From assembly GCA_018396535.1 (NCBI GenBank), contig JAGTQC010000001.1:128001-192000 (forward strand): a DNA stretch of 64,000 nucleotides, in the 5' to 3' direction. Positions within the stretch are counted from its first letter, which is position 1; each line of letters opens with the position of its first letter. Below the pieces are notes generated by a model that had not been told where the DNA came from, did no database searches, and was given only the letters and a program-made list of their open reading frames with translations. Shown in pieces: positions 20,844 to 29,985 of the stretch. The DNA comes from Candidatus Bathyarchaeota archaeon (GTDB lineage: Archaea; Thermoproteota; CALKCG01; B24; DRYS01). The position numbers and the translations under genes are program-made.

Positions 20844-21767
20844 TCAATGACATCTTAAATTCTCGAAGACTTCATTCATAACCTTTTCGATAGCCTCTCC
20901 TAAACCCTTCTCCTTAAGGATAGAGAATGCGTACAATCTATCCATCATATCGCAGATCCATACATAGGTATAACCATCCATAGGCTTCTTTAATAAACCC
21001 CTTCTAAATGAGAGAGGGTAGAGGTATCCTTCATGACCGAATACATCCACCTGCATAGGCTTCCTCCATATAAGACCTTTTAAAGTCTTACCTAGAAATC
21101 TACGATACTTCTCCCTAACCCAATCCTCCAGCTTCTCCTTCTTCAAAACCCTACTAGCTAACCCAACCCTCTCAAACCCTATATAGCCATACCTAGATTC
21201 GAATAGCAGGTATATATCGGCAGGATAGAATCTCCTATCTACGAGTTCGAAATCTACAGGTATCTTCAACTCTATATCGAAGATCCTCCAAGATAGGGTG
21301 CTATCCCCGGGGTGGCAATCAAAGTTTGATAAAACTCTCTCAGAGATAGCCTTAACCCTATCATACTCCTCTCTATCGAAGTGGAATCTCAATATAAAGC
21401 TACGCATACTTCTATCACAGTTAAACACGTATATGAAACCCTCCCTACCACCGCGGTAGTAGATATACGATGCTAAATGCCCATTAATCCTACCCTCACC
21501 TCTACTAGCTACTTTGAAATCCGGATCCTCCTTCCTACCCTTAGATTCCAGATCCTTAAGAATCCTCCTAGGATCGGGTGTCTTACTCTTCTTAAACCCC
21601 TCCCATCTAACCTCTAACCTAGGCTTATAATCATCAAACCTAAGATAGCCACGCTTAGAATTACCCCCCTCAACCTTTATAACCCAATCCTCAGGTATGG
21701 AGCATGATATACGATGCCAACTAAACCCTACTAATTCGATACTCTCAGGAGACACAGCTGCTAGCAA
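20844..21767 (-). CDS. hypothetical protein with internal duplication (PsbP/DcrB-like repeats suspected)
   Basis: Both halves share IP.DW/IP.DF, INGH/VFGH and YVFNCD/YVWICD. Confidence 0.75.
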   Translation of the reverse strand: MLAAVSPESIELVGFSWHRISCSIPEDWVIKVEGGNSKRGYLRFDDYKPRLEVRWEGFKKSKTPDPRRILKDLESKGRKEDPDFKVASRGEGRINGHLASYIYYRGGREGFIYVFNCDRSMRSFILRFHFDREEYDRVKAISERVLSNFDCHPGDSTLSWRIFDIELKIPVDFELVDRRFYPADIYLLFESRYGYIGFERVGLASRVLKKEKLEDWVREKYRRFLGKTLKGLIWRKPMQVDVFGHEGYLYPLSFRRGLLKKPMDGYTYVWICDMMDRLYAFSILKEKGLGEAIEKVMNEVFENLRCH

Positions 21768-21845
21768 CTTAAATATCGTATAGAGCGAAGATAACCTTTT
21801 TCCATAAAGACATATTTAGAGGAGGTGTAGAGTATAACTAGCCTA

Positions 21846-21920
21846 TGGGCCGGCCCGGATTCGAACCGGGGATCTCCGCGGTGTGAACGCGGCGTCTTAA
21901 CCAGGCTGGACCACCGGCCC
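21846..21920 (-). tRNA. tRNA-Val(CAC)
   Basis: GGGCCGG acceptor, CCGCG-TTCACAC-CGCGG anticodon arm; CCA not encoded. Confidence 0.96.
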
Positions 21921-22018
21921 GCATCGATAATATAGACCAACTCTTCACTTTAAATACTTTCACTCAGTTAATCAGAGTTTGATAAACATCTCGACCCATG
22001 ATTATGATCTAGGAGATC

Positions 22019-22186
22019 CTATCTCTTAATAGCTGGCTCCCTATGCTTCCATCTAAGATTATAGGATTTACAGTTCCTACACTTCTCAGCGTTAGGACTA
22101 TTCCTAACACCACACTCCCTACAGATCTTTACGTATAGCCTCTTCCTCATAGCTATCTCTCGTTTAACAGGGTCTCTTATAGGCAT
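22019..22186 (-). CDS. rpl40e: 50S ribosomal protein L40e (missed by ORF track)
   Basis: MPIRDPVKREIAMRKRLYVKICRECGVRNSPNAEKCRNCKSYNLRWKHRE, 55 aa, zinc ribbon, GGAGG SD. Confidence 0.95.
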   Translation of the reverse strand: MPIRDPVKREIAMRKRLYVKICRECGVRNSPNAEKCRNCKSYNLRWKHREPAIKR

Positions 22187-22323
22187 AGAGCCTCCTCTCC
22201 GTAGGAGGGAGTCTAGAATCTCTATATAAAGGCTTTGCTTGATAATTTGTAGGCTAAACTATCCCAGGGTTCGAAGTATATTTTATATTTATATCTAAGC
22301 TCTATTCCAGAGTGAAGGAGGAT

Positions 22324-22527
22324 ATGCCTAGAGAGGTATCAGACGTAGAGGAGTTTGTTAAGTTATCTGAGAAAGCTGAATACTGTTTAGTTAAGACTAA
22401 CCATAGGGATGGATCTGTTAAATTAAAGCTTAGAACCAAGAGGTATCTATACACTCTTAAAGTTAAGGATGCGAATGATGCTGAAACAATACTGAAGAAG
22501 ATCAAATGCAGTGTTAGAAGGATATAG
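22324..22527 (+). CDS. rpl38e: 50S ribosomal protein L38e
   Basis: MPREV..VEEF...VKLKLRTKRYLYTL; GGAGG SD before the ATG at 22324. Confidence 0.9.
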   Translation: MPREVSDVEEFVKLSEKAEYCLVKTNHRDGSVKLKLRTKRYLYTLKVKDANDAETILKKIKCSVRRI

Positions 22528-22560
22528 ATATTAGCCGAGACCCCCTATTGGTGTATACGT

Positions 22561-23493
22561 ATGAGTAGAGTAGCCGTAGTTAAAGATCTTGAAGATAGGA
22601 GGAGAGGGTTAGCGAAGGCTTTAGGTTTGATAGAGGATGATATCCTAGCTAGCCTATATGGTAGACCTAGAATATTGATTAAACCTAACTTCGTAAGCGC
22701 ATATAGCTATCTATCAGCAACACCTGTAGAATGTGTCGAAGAGATAGTGAAGCTTCTACTAAGCTTAACGAACGCGAAGGAGGTTTTAGTAGCTGAAACA
22801 CCTACTATAGGTAGTTTTAGAGAAGCTATCAAGAGATTCGGGTATGAGATGTTGAAGGATACCTATGGTGTAGAGTTATGCGATTTAGATGAATACGGAT
22901 TCGATGAGGTAGAGGTGGTAGATAGTATGGGGAGATCGTTCACCATACCTATATCTAAACTCGTAATGGATGCAGATTTCAGAGTCTCCGCTGTAAGACC
23001 TAAAACACACGATGTAGTCGTAGTAACTTTAACTATAAAGAATATAGTCGTAGGCTCTATCAAGAGGGAGAGCCGCCACCTTATACATCAAGGCTACTGG
23101 CAGATAAACTATAACATCGCTAAGATCGCTACATACGTTACACCTCATTTAGCAGTAGTAGATGGATTTGAAGCTATGGAGGGGGATGGGCCTGTAAACG
23201 GTAGACCTAAAAAGTGGGGTGTATACTTCGCTTCTACAAACCCTATATCGCTAGATTCGATAGTAGCATACGCTATGGGGTTCGATGTATACGATATAGG
23301 CTACCTATACATCCTATCGCTATGGGGTTATGGTGAGATAAACCCGGATAGAATAGGATTATTAGGAGATCCTCTAAAAGATATCGCTACGATATTCAAA
23401 CCGCATAGAAGATTTAGGGAGCAATTGAGGTGGAGGGATCATATAGATACTATCATGAAGCTTCCTAGAGGGATACGAGCATCTACTAGCTGA
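22561..23493 (+). CDS. DUF362 domain protein
   Basis: LIKPNFV, PKTH, TLTIKN and DGFEAMEGDGP motifs. Confidence 0.85.
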   Translation: MSRVAVVKDLEDRRRGLAKALGLIEDDILASLYGRPRILIKPNFVSAYSYLSATPVECVEEIVKLLLSLTNAKEVLVAETPTIGSFREAIKRFGYEMLKDTYGVELCDLDEYGFDEVEVVDSMGRSFTIPISKLVMDADFRVSAVRPKTHDVVVVTLTIKNIVVGSIKRESRHLIHQGYWQINYNIAKIATYVTPHLAVVDGFEAMEGDGPVNGRPKKWGVYFASTNPISLDSIVAYAMGFDVYDIGYLYILSLWGYGEINPDRIGLLGDPLKDIATIFKPHRRFREQLRWRDHIDTIMKLPRGIRASTS

Positions 23494-23495
23494 AT

Positions 23496-24746
23496 CTAGG
23501 CTCCATACTTATGCGTTAGATTCACTATATCTAGTAGGATCGGCATAAGATCTAGACCTCTAATCCTACCGAGACCACCTTTACTACACACCCTCTCTTC
23601 AAACCTACCTATATCATCCACACGTACATCAGGACCAGCTATAGCTATAGGTACAGGATCTGCTGAATGAGTCCTTATACTACAAGGTGTAGAATGATCT
23701 GCTGTTAACGCTATAACATAATCCTCTACCTTATCTATAATCATGTAGAGAGCATCATCTATACGCTCTATTAACTCTATCTTCCTCCTATAATTCCCAT
23801 CCTCACCAGCTAGATCTGTAGCTTTAAAGTGGAGGTATATTAGATCATAGCTTTCCAAAGCCTTAACACAGGCATCGACTTTAGCTTTAAAATCACTCTC
23901 ATAAGTACCTGTAGCACCCTTCACATCGATTACATCCATACCTACATACCTAGCTACACCCTTATAGAGCGGGCCTCCAGCAATACAGCAAGCCTTTAAG
24001 CCATATCTCTCGGTAACCCTAGGTATAGGCTCATAGAAGCTAGCACCCCTGATGAGGAGAGCGTTAGCTTGAAGCTTCCCCTCAGAAAACCTCCTCCTAT
24101 TCACCTCAGCTTTAGAGAGTATCCGGTATGCATCCATAGATATACGGTTTACAAGCTCAGCCGTTCGTTTAGCTTCTACACTCCCATCTAGAGGTTTACA
24201 TACTAGTATAGGAGCGCCATCCCTCTCAGGATCGGTATCCGATACTAACCAAGATAAACCCTCACCGCGAATTACAAGCACACCTCTATGCTCGACACCT
24301 GGATAGAAACGTAGCTCAACACCAGGTATCCTCAACTCCTCATCTAACAGCTGGAACAGTATACGCGAATCATCACCCCCAATCCTCCCAGCCCTCCTAT
24401 CTATAACCATCAGATTATCATCTACGGTAGCAAGATTCACCCTAAACGTAAGATCCCCAGGTTTAACATCTATACCTATACCTAGAGCTTCGAACACCCC
24501 TCTACCCTTATAATATTCATATGGATTATAACCGAATATAGCTAGATGAGCTGGTGCACTTCCAGGTCTAACACCTGGAGCTATAGGATCCATAATACCG
24601 CATACACCGTTAGCAGCTATGAAATCCATAGAAGGCTTCCTCGAAGCTTCTAAAGGTGTTCTGAAACCTATATCCTTTATAGGTCTATCCCCTAATCCAT
24701 CGCATACCACTAGTATAATCTTCGCAGACATAGCATAGACCTCCAC
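23496..24746 (-). CDS. apgM: 2,3-bisphosphoglycerate-independent phosphoglycerate mutase (archaeal type)
   Basis: DGLGDRP, PGS, GRGVFEA, DRRAGRI and TADHSTP motifs. Confidence 0.92.
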   Translation of the reverse strand: MEVYAMSAKIILVVCDGLGDRPIKDIGFRTPLEASRKPSMDFIAANGVCGIMDPIAPGVRPGSAPAHLAIFGYNPYEYYKGRGVFEALGIGIDVKPGDLTFRVNLATVDDNLMVIDRRAGRIGGDDSRILFQLLDEELRIPGVELRFYPGVEHRGVLVIRGEGLSWLVSDTDPERDGAPILVCKPLDGSVEAKRTAELVNRISMDAYRILSKAEVNRRRFSEGKLQANALLIRGASFYEPIPRVTERYGLKACCIAGGPLYKGVARYVGMDVIDVKGATGTYESDFKAKVDACVKALESYDLIYLHFKATDLAGEDGNYRRKIELIERIDDALYMIIDKVEDYVIALTADHSTPCSIRTHSADPVPIAIAGPDVRVDDIGRFEERVCSKGGLGRIRGLDLMPILLDIVNLTHKYGA

Positions 24747-25138
24747 TACTCTGGAAGCTTAGTACCACACTTTATACAAAACCTATTCTTAGGATCGTTC
24801 GGGTAGCCGCAGTTAGGGCAGATCTTAGGGGTTATAGGAGCCGGTTGCGGTTTAGCTATGAGTGGGGGAGCGGTAACCTCAGGTTTAGCTTTAGCTGGCG
24901 GCTCATAATCAACCTTCAACAATACCACATCACCTATAGATTTAACCTGGCTCCAAGGTATATCCCTCTCAGTATCTCCATACCTTATGGTTAGAGCTAG
25001 CTCTACACGATCATCCAGTAATCTAAACGATATATCCTTAACCTCGCCTACTATATATCCACGCTGCTCGATAACCTTCTTACCTACAACCTCACTCTGC
25101 CTCACATACCTAACCTCAGTATCGCCGTTCAACCCCAC
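24746..25138 (-). CDS. PRC-barrel protein with C-terminal zinc ribbon
   Basis: VVGKKV...GEVKD...IPWSQVKSIGDVVLL, then a Pro-rich linker and CPNCG...FCIKCG. Confidence 0.85.
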   Translation of the reverse strand: MGLNGDTEVRYVRQSEVVGKKVIEQRGYIVGEVKDISFRLLDDRVELALTIRYGDTERDIPWSQVKSIGDVVLLKVDYEPPAKAKPEVTAPPLIAKPQPAPITPKICPNCGYPNDPKNRFCIKCGTKLPE

Positions 25139-25266
25139 CCTACAACTGTAGGCTATATACTAATAAGGTTTCTCCAAGCATAGAGGCTAAGCCTAATCTT
25201 CAACAACTGCAAAGTTTAAATCCTAGTAGATATCGAATTAGATCATCGAATACCTGGGGTTAAGCC

Positions 25267-25566
25267 TTGCCTAAAGGTAGGCTATGCGATACTAGATGCG
25301 AATTCTTCAGATGCCGTCAAAAAGCATTTAAACAACGTAGTGGCATAGCATGGTGTACCATATCCGGAGACCCATGTATAGGATATAAATGTAACTACGC
25401 ATTCTGCGAGAAACGGAAGATGCTTAACGATGGGAGCTGCGGGTTAACTATAAAAAGTGGGAGTAGCCTAAGTCTAGAAGAGATAGAGAAGGAAGCTATA
25501 CCTAAACCGTCGATTAGAGTTAAAGGTAAATTGAGTAGAAGAATAAGATTCGAAGATATAGTATAG
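25267..25566 (+). CDS. Cys-rich small hypothetical protein
   Basis: Eight Cys in the first ~60 aa; TTG start downstream of a TATA-like TTTAAA. Confidence 0.75.
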   Translation: MPKGRLCDTRCEFFRCRQKAFKQRSGIAWCTISGDPCIGYKCNYAFCEKRKMLNDGSCGLTIKSGSSLSLEEIEKEAIPKPSIRVKGKLSRRIRFEDIV

Positions 25567-25678
25567 TTAACATTAAACATAATAAGATATAAAAACCACA
25601 ATTTTTATACATTCCTAAATCAGGTAATATACATCCAAATAAACCTTTTAACTCCTACATGTATATGGCTCTAACAGT

Positions 25679-26455
25679 ATGGGGAGAATATTCTGCGCGG
25701 GGGAGTACGCCCTACTATACCTAGATAGAAGGAGGAAGTATATCGTTAAACTAGAGGAGGGTAAACGTTTTCATACACATAAGGGCTTCATAGAGTTAAA
25801 CCAGATTATAGGTAGACCAGAAGGTATAGTCGTTAGGAGTAGTATAGGGGTCGAATTCCATGTATTCAGACCCTCACTATGGGATCATGTAGAGAAGTAT
25901 GAGAGACCTACACAGATACTATACCCAAAGGATATAGGTTTCATAATAGTCTACGCAGATATAGGTCCAGGCTGTAGGATTATAGAATCTGGTGTAGGAT
26001 CAGGAGCATTAACAAGCTTCCTAGCATACCATGTAAAACCTACAGGTAGGATCTACGGATATGATATAAACCCTAGGTTCATAGAGACTGCTAGAAGGAA
26101 TCTAGAACGTACAGGTCTCATAGAGTATGTAGAGCTTAAACTCGGAGATGTATATAAGGGAGTGGATGAAGAAGATGTAGATGCAGCTATACTCGACGTA
26201 CCATCACCATGGCTAGCTTTAGATTCGATATATAAGTCTCTCAGATCAGGAGGATTCCTAGTCAGCTTTAGTCCAACTATAAACCAGGTTGAAAAACTCG
26301 TAGAATCTATAGAGACGCATAGAGGATTCCTAGTCACAAATATATTGGAGATACTCACTAGAAGCTATAAGGTGAAGAAGGGGGAGACAAGACCTGAAAC
26401 TACTATGATAGCGCATACAGGCTACCTATTATTCGCTAGGAAGAGAGTACTTTGA
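25679..26455 (+). CDS. trmI: tRNA (adenine-N1)-methyltransferase
   Basis: RPTQILYPKD, ESGVGSG, LDVPSPW and HTGYL motifs. Confidence 0.93.
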   Translation: MGRIFCAGEYALLYLDRRRKYIVKLEEGKRFHTHKGFIELNQIIGRPEGIVVRSSIGVEFHVFRPSLWDHVEKYERPTQILYPKDIGFIIVYADIGPGCRIIESGVGSGALTSFLAYHVKPTGRIYGYDINPRFIETARRNLERTGLIEYVELKLGDVYKGVDEEDVDAAILDVPSPWLALDSIYKSLRSGGFLVSFSPTINQVEKLVESIETHRGFLVTNILEILTRSYKVKKGETRPETTMIAHTGYLLFARKRVL

Positions 26456-26457
26456 AA

Positions 26458-27357
26458 TCATAAACCCAGCATAGAAGCTACATACTCAGGATCATACTCC
26501 ACTAGATCATCTAGACTTGAACCTACACCTAGAAAGTATATAGGCTTCTTAAGCGTATATGCTACGTTAAGTATAGCTCCACCCTTAACATCTGCATCCA
26601 CCTTTGTTATCACAGCTCCATCCACACCTACATAGCTATCGAACTCCCTCGCCTGATCCACTATACTATTACCTGTGAGGGCGTCACCTACGAATACACT
26701 CATATCAGGGTTTACAACTCTTACAATCTTCCGCATCTCATCGAGGAGATTACGCTTAGTCTGCATCCTACCAGCAGTATCTATGAGGACGACATCCATC
26801 TTCCTCGCTCTAGCATATTGTACAGCATCAAAGGCTACGGCTGCAGGATCGCTTCCATAAACCTGCTTAACTAGATCTACACCCACCATCCTAGATAGTA
26901 TCTCAAGCTGCTCGATCGCCCCAGCTCTAAACGTATCGCTACAAGCTAATACAACTCTAAACCCCCTACCCCTAAGCCTCCACCCAATCTTAGCTATAGT
27001 TAGAGTCTTACCTACACCATTAACACCTAGAAATAACACTATATACGGTTTAATAGATTCCTCTACAACTTCATCGAACCTTTTATCAGGCTTCACCGAT
27101 TTAAGAATATCGAGAATCGATTCCCTCAATACAGATTCCACCATACCTCTCCTATCAGAGAATCTACTAATCCTTACACCTGTAATCCTATTCTCGATAG
27201 AGCTGCATAGAGCTTCGGCTACATCTAGAGCTACATCCGCTTCTATAAGCGAGTATTTTAGCTCATCTAGATATCCATGTATATCCTCAGGTTTAAGCTC
27301 TACCTCTACTATTACACTCCTAAATCTATCTAGAGCTTTCCTAATAGCTTCAAGCAG
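26458..27357 (-). CDS. ftsY: SRP receptor FtsY (probable CTG start)
   Basis: GVNGVGKT, DTFRAGA, DTAGR and TKVD motifs. The N domain (LIEADVALDVAE) lies in frame upstream of the ORF-track ATG, with only CTG (27357) available as a start. Confidence 0.92.
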   Translation of the reverse strand: MLEAIRKALDRFRSVIVEVELKPEDIHGYLDELKYSLIEADVALDVAEALCSSIENRITGVRISRFSDRRGMVESVLRESILDILKSVKPDKRFDEVVEESIKPYIVLFLGVNGVGKTLTIAKIGWRLRGRGFRVVLACSDTFRAGAIEQLEILSRMVGVDLVKQVYGSDPAAVAFDAVQYARARKMDVVLIDTAGRMQTKRNLLDEMRKIVRVVNPDMSVFVGDALTGNSIVDQAREFDSYVGVDGAVITKVDADVKGGAILNVAYTLKKPIYFLGVGSSLDDLVEYDPEYVASMLGL

Positions 27358-27799
27358 TCCTCCCGCCCTCCATAGACCTACTTAACTCTGCAAGCCTCCT
27401 CCTAGCTTCCTCCAGCTTCGCGATAACGTTAACTAACTGCTGCTGTAGGTTATCTCTAAACTTCAATATATTGTTAGCCCTCTCCTCTATTATCTTAATA
27501 GCATCATCAACCTTCTTCTCTACATACACGTTACCACCCATATTTAACAAGACATTCTCCACATCGATTATAGTACACTTGATATACGATCCAGAACCTA
27601 TCGACACCAAAGCCTCTATATTAGGCTTCTCATTCTTAAGAGCATTAAGTGTATCGCATGTCTGCCTATGCTCGCTATAAGATGCTTCAGCTAAACTCAA
27701 CCTCTGCCTAATACTCTCCGCAGTCTGCTCTAGTATCGATATCTCTGCTACTAGCTGCTCCAACTCCTTCTCTATCCTACTACGACTATCCATCCCCAT
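27350..27799 (-). CDS. pfdA: prefoldin alpha subunit
   Basis: Coiled coils flanking LVSIGSG and LNMGG hairpins; conserved operon position. Confidence 0.9.
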   Translation of the reverse strand: MGMDSRSRIEKELEQLVAEISILEQTAESIRQRLSLAEASYSEHRQTCDTLNALKNEKPNIEALVSIGSGSYIKCTIIDVENVLLNMGGNVYVEKKVDDAIKIIEERANNILKFRDNLQQQLVNVIAKLEEARRRLAELSRSMEGGRTA

Positions 27800-27980
27800 C
27801 TACATCCACCCTCTCCACCCTTATATTACGTCTCTTAACCCTATGGTGGCTGCCAACTTCAGAGTAAAGCTTCTCTAAAGCATCTTCAAGCTTTAAAGCT
27901 CTAACCTCTTTACTAAACCTAGTCTTGAATATACCGATCCTATAGGAGCAGGTTATCCTAAACCTCTTAACCTCACCCAT
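27786..27980 (-). CDS. rpl18a: 50S ribosomal protein L18Ae/LX
   Basis: FSKEVRA...ALEKLYSEVGSHHRVKR. Confidence 0.9.
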   Translation of the reverse strand: MGEVKRFRITCSYRIGIFKTRFSKEVRALKLEDALEKLYSEVGSHHRVKRRNIRVERVDVDGDG

Positions 27981-28020
27981 ACCATTCTATCTAACCTTGA
28001 ATAAACCCTCTAAATTAGCT

Positions 28021-28701
28021 TTACTCCTCTATACGAAAAGCTTCTGTTACACGAGCTAGCTCCGAACCCCTAGTATTATCGCTTACTAGAAGCCCATAGC
28101 TATTCGCTACTACACCTATCTTAATAAGGCGGCTTCCATAATTCACCGTACCCTTATAGACAGGAACCTTTAACAGATTCCTAATGAGATCCTCCTCCTC
28201 AGATAATATCATCGGATCGACTAGAACCCCTCTATTAGTTGCAACAGCTAGACTACCTGTATAGGGTAGATTCTCTATACTACCAGTTTCAACCTCTATA
28301 TCTAGCGTATCCGATATCACCCTAACCTGCTCCCTAGATAATCTTAGACCAGAAATGCATCCCAAATCGTTTACAAGAAGAAAGTTACCTATAGCAGTCC
28401 ACTTAGTAGGTAGAACATCAACCCTTATATCACCAGGTATAGAAGCCTTTATCCTCTCAAACTCATCATCACCTACCAATGGTGAGAGAAGGATGCCTCT
28501 AGAGTTAGCAACCGTAAATATACCTAGAAGATCTGACTTATAGACTGTAGTTTTAACAACCGTATCGACTTTAAAAGTCTCTAGGAGTAGTTTAACATCC
28601 TCATCCATAGTGGATTCTGGACATATAACAAACCTATCTGTTACCCTAAAGTATATACCTATACAGGATCTACCATAGAAGCTGTAGTGGGATACCGGCA
28701 G
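28021..28701 (-). CDS. eif6: translation initiation factor aIF6 (probable CTG start)
   Basis: GTVNYG and VANS motifs; the conserved N-terminus (M)PVSHYSFYGRSCIGIYF begins at CTG 28701. Confidence 0.92.
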   Translation of the reverse strand: MPVSHYSFYGRSCIGIYFRVTDRFVICPESTMDEDVKLLLETFKVDTVVKTTVYKSDLLGIFTVANSRGILLSPLVGDDEFERIKASIPGDIRVDVLPTKWTAIGNFLLVNDLGCISGLRLSREQVRVISDTLDIEVETGSIENLPYTGSLAVATNRGVLVDPMILSEEEDLIRNLLKVPVYKGTVNYGSRLIKIGVVANSYGLLVSDNTRGSELARVTEAFRIEE

Positions 28702-28707
28702 AAGAAT

Positions 28708-28986
28708 CTACACCCCCTCTACAGGGTATACCGTATATATATTCTCCTCCTTCACAACCCTAACCTTCACTCTACGAGGAGGCTTCTCCCTCCCCCTACT
28801 CCATATCAATCTATTCAATTCGTTAGATATCCTTACACGCTCCTCCTCTACGTTCACTTTAAGATGGCGCTTGATAAACTCCCTCACTATCTTAATAGCT
28901 GTCGGAGCTCTATCAGTCCATGGAGCTCTCCACGCATCTCTAAGAGGGATCGTATATATCCTCTCCTCGGTAGAGCTATCACTCAT
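28708..28986 (-). CDS. rpl31e: 50S ribosomal protein L31e
   Basis: ERIYTIPLR...RAPTAIK...IWSRG.EKPP. Confidence 0.95.
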   Translation of the reverse strand: MSDSSTEERIYTIPLRDAWRAPWTDRAPTAIKIVREFIKRHLKVNVEEERVRISNELNRLIWSRGREKPPRRVKVRVVKEENIYTVYPVEGV

Positions 28987-29001
28987 ACCCGACCACCTAG
29001 A

Positions 29002-29157
29002 CTATGCGCCTATTTTAACCCTCCTCCAATGCCTCCTAGTAGGTGTAAACCTAAACCTACCTAAAGTTTTCGCTACAACCCATAGGGGGACAGCCCTACT
29101 CCTCCTCCTCTCAGCTATGAGACGCCTCTTCTTAGCGGCAGGCTTGTATCTAGCCAT
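29002..29157 (-). CDS. rpl39e: 50S ribosomal protein L39e (missed by ORF track)
   Basis: MARYKPAAKKRRL...VPLWVVAKT...RRHWRR, 51 aa. Confidence 0.95.
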   Translation of the reverse strand: MARYKPAAKKRRLIAERRRSRAVPLWVVAKTLGRFRFTPTRRHWRRVKIGA

Positions 29158-29159
29158 AT

Positions 29160-29492
29160 CTATAGCCTCCATATGCGTGTCTCACGCTTCTCGGTCGATA
29201 CAAGCTTAAGTAGTATTTTCTTTAATACATCATCTGTGATAGGTGTAGGTATACGCCCAGATTGAGCAGCTTTTATAAGCTCAAGCTCTAACTGGCGGAC
29301 AAACTCAGGTTTAACCATCCTGAGATTAGCTAGCCTCTGCCTAGCTTCAGGTGTAAGTATCTGAGCTAGAGCTATCTGTATACTCCTCTCACGCTCAGCT
29401 TTAAGCCTCTCCTCTTCAGCAGCCTTCTGAAGCTCTAATAGCCTCCTACGTTTAAGCTCCTCGAATTCAGCATCATACTCCTCGTAGCTCAA
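29160..29492 (-). CDS. PDCD5-family DNA-binding protein
   Basis: ILTPEARQRLANLRMVKPE; conserved position after S19e. Confidence 0.92.
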   Translation of the reverse strand: MSYEEYDAEFEELKRRRLLELQKAAEEERLKAERERSIQIALAQILTPEARQRLANLRMVKPEFVRQLELELIKAAQSGRIPTPITDDVLKKILLKLVSTEKRETRIWRL

Positions 29493-29944
29493 CTCCCGTA
29501 ATACCTCCCGATCTCGGGTAGAGGCTTCTTCTTCAAAACCTCGTGGGCAACCTTATCTAGAAGCGATCTACCTCTAGATGTTAGTATCCTACCCTTATTC
29601 CCATACTTCTCGACTAGACCAGCCTTCTCAAGCTGTTGAAGTATAGTCCTTATAATCTTCCTACTAGCCTTCCTAGAGTGAGCCGGAGCCCTACCCCTCC
29701 TCCGTCTATCAGAATACATGCACGCTAACCTCTCTATACCTATAGGCCCATTCATATAGATCTTCCTCAAGATAGATGCAGCTCTTATATACCACCAATC
29801 ACTTCTCTCCGGAGCCTTCTCCTTAGCTACACCAGTCTTAACTTGCAGATACCACTGCGGCGGCGTTAACTCTTCTACACCCTTCAGTATCTCCGCTAAC
29901 CTCTCCAGTAGATCTATAGGGCGTACATCGTATACTGTAGTCAT
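29489..29944 (-). CDS. rps19e: 30S ribosomal protein S19e
   Basis: VKTG..KE, WWYIRAASILRKIY and IIRTILQQLE motifs. Confidence 0.96.
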   Translation of the reverse strand: MTTVYDVRPIDLLERLAEILKGVEELTPPQWYLQVKTGVAKEKAPERSDWWYIRAASILRKIYMNGPIGIERLACMYSDRRRRGRAPAHSRKASRKIIRTILQQLEKAGLVEKYGNKGRILTSRGRSLLDKVAHEVLKKKPLPEIGRYYGS

Positions 29945-29985
29945 ATTCTCTCCTAGAATTCAGGAAATTCTAAATATCCTGTATA

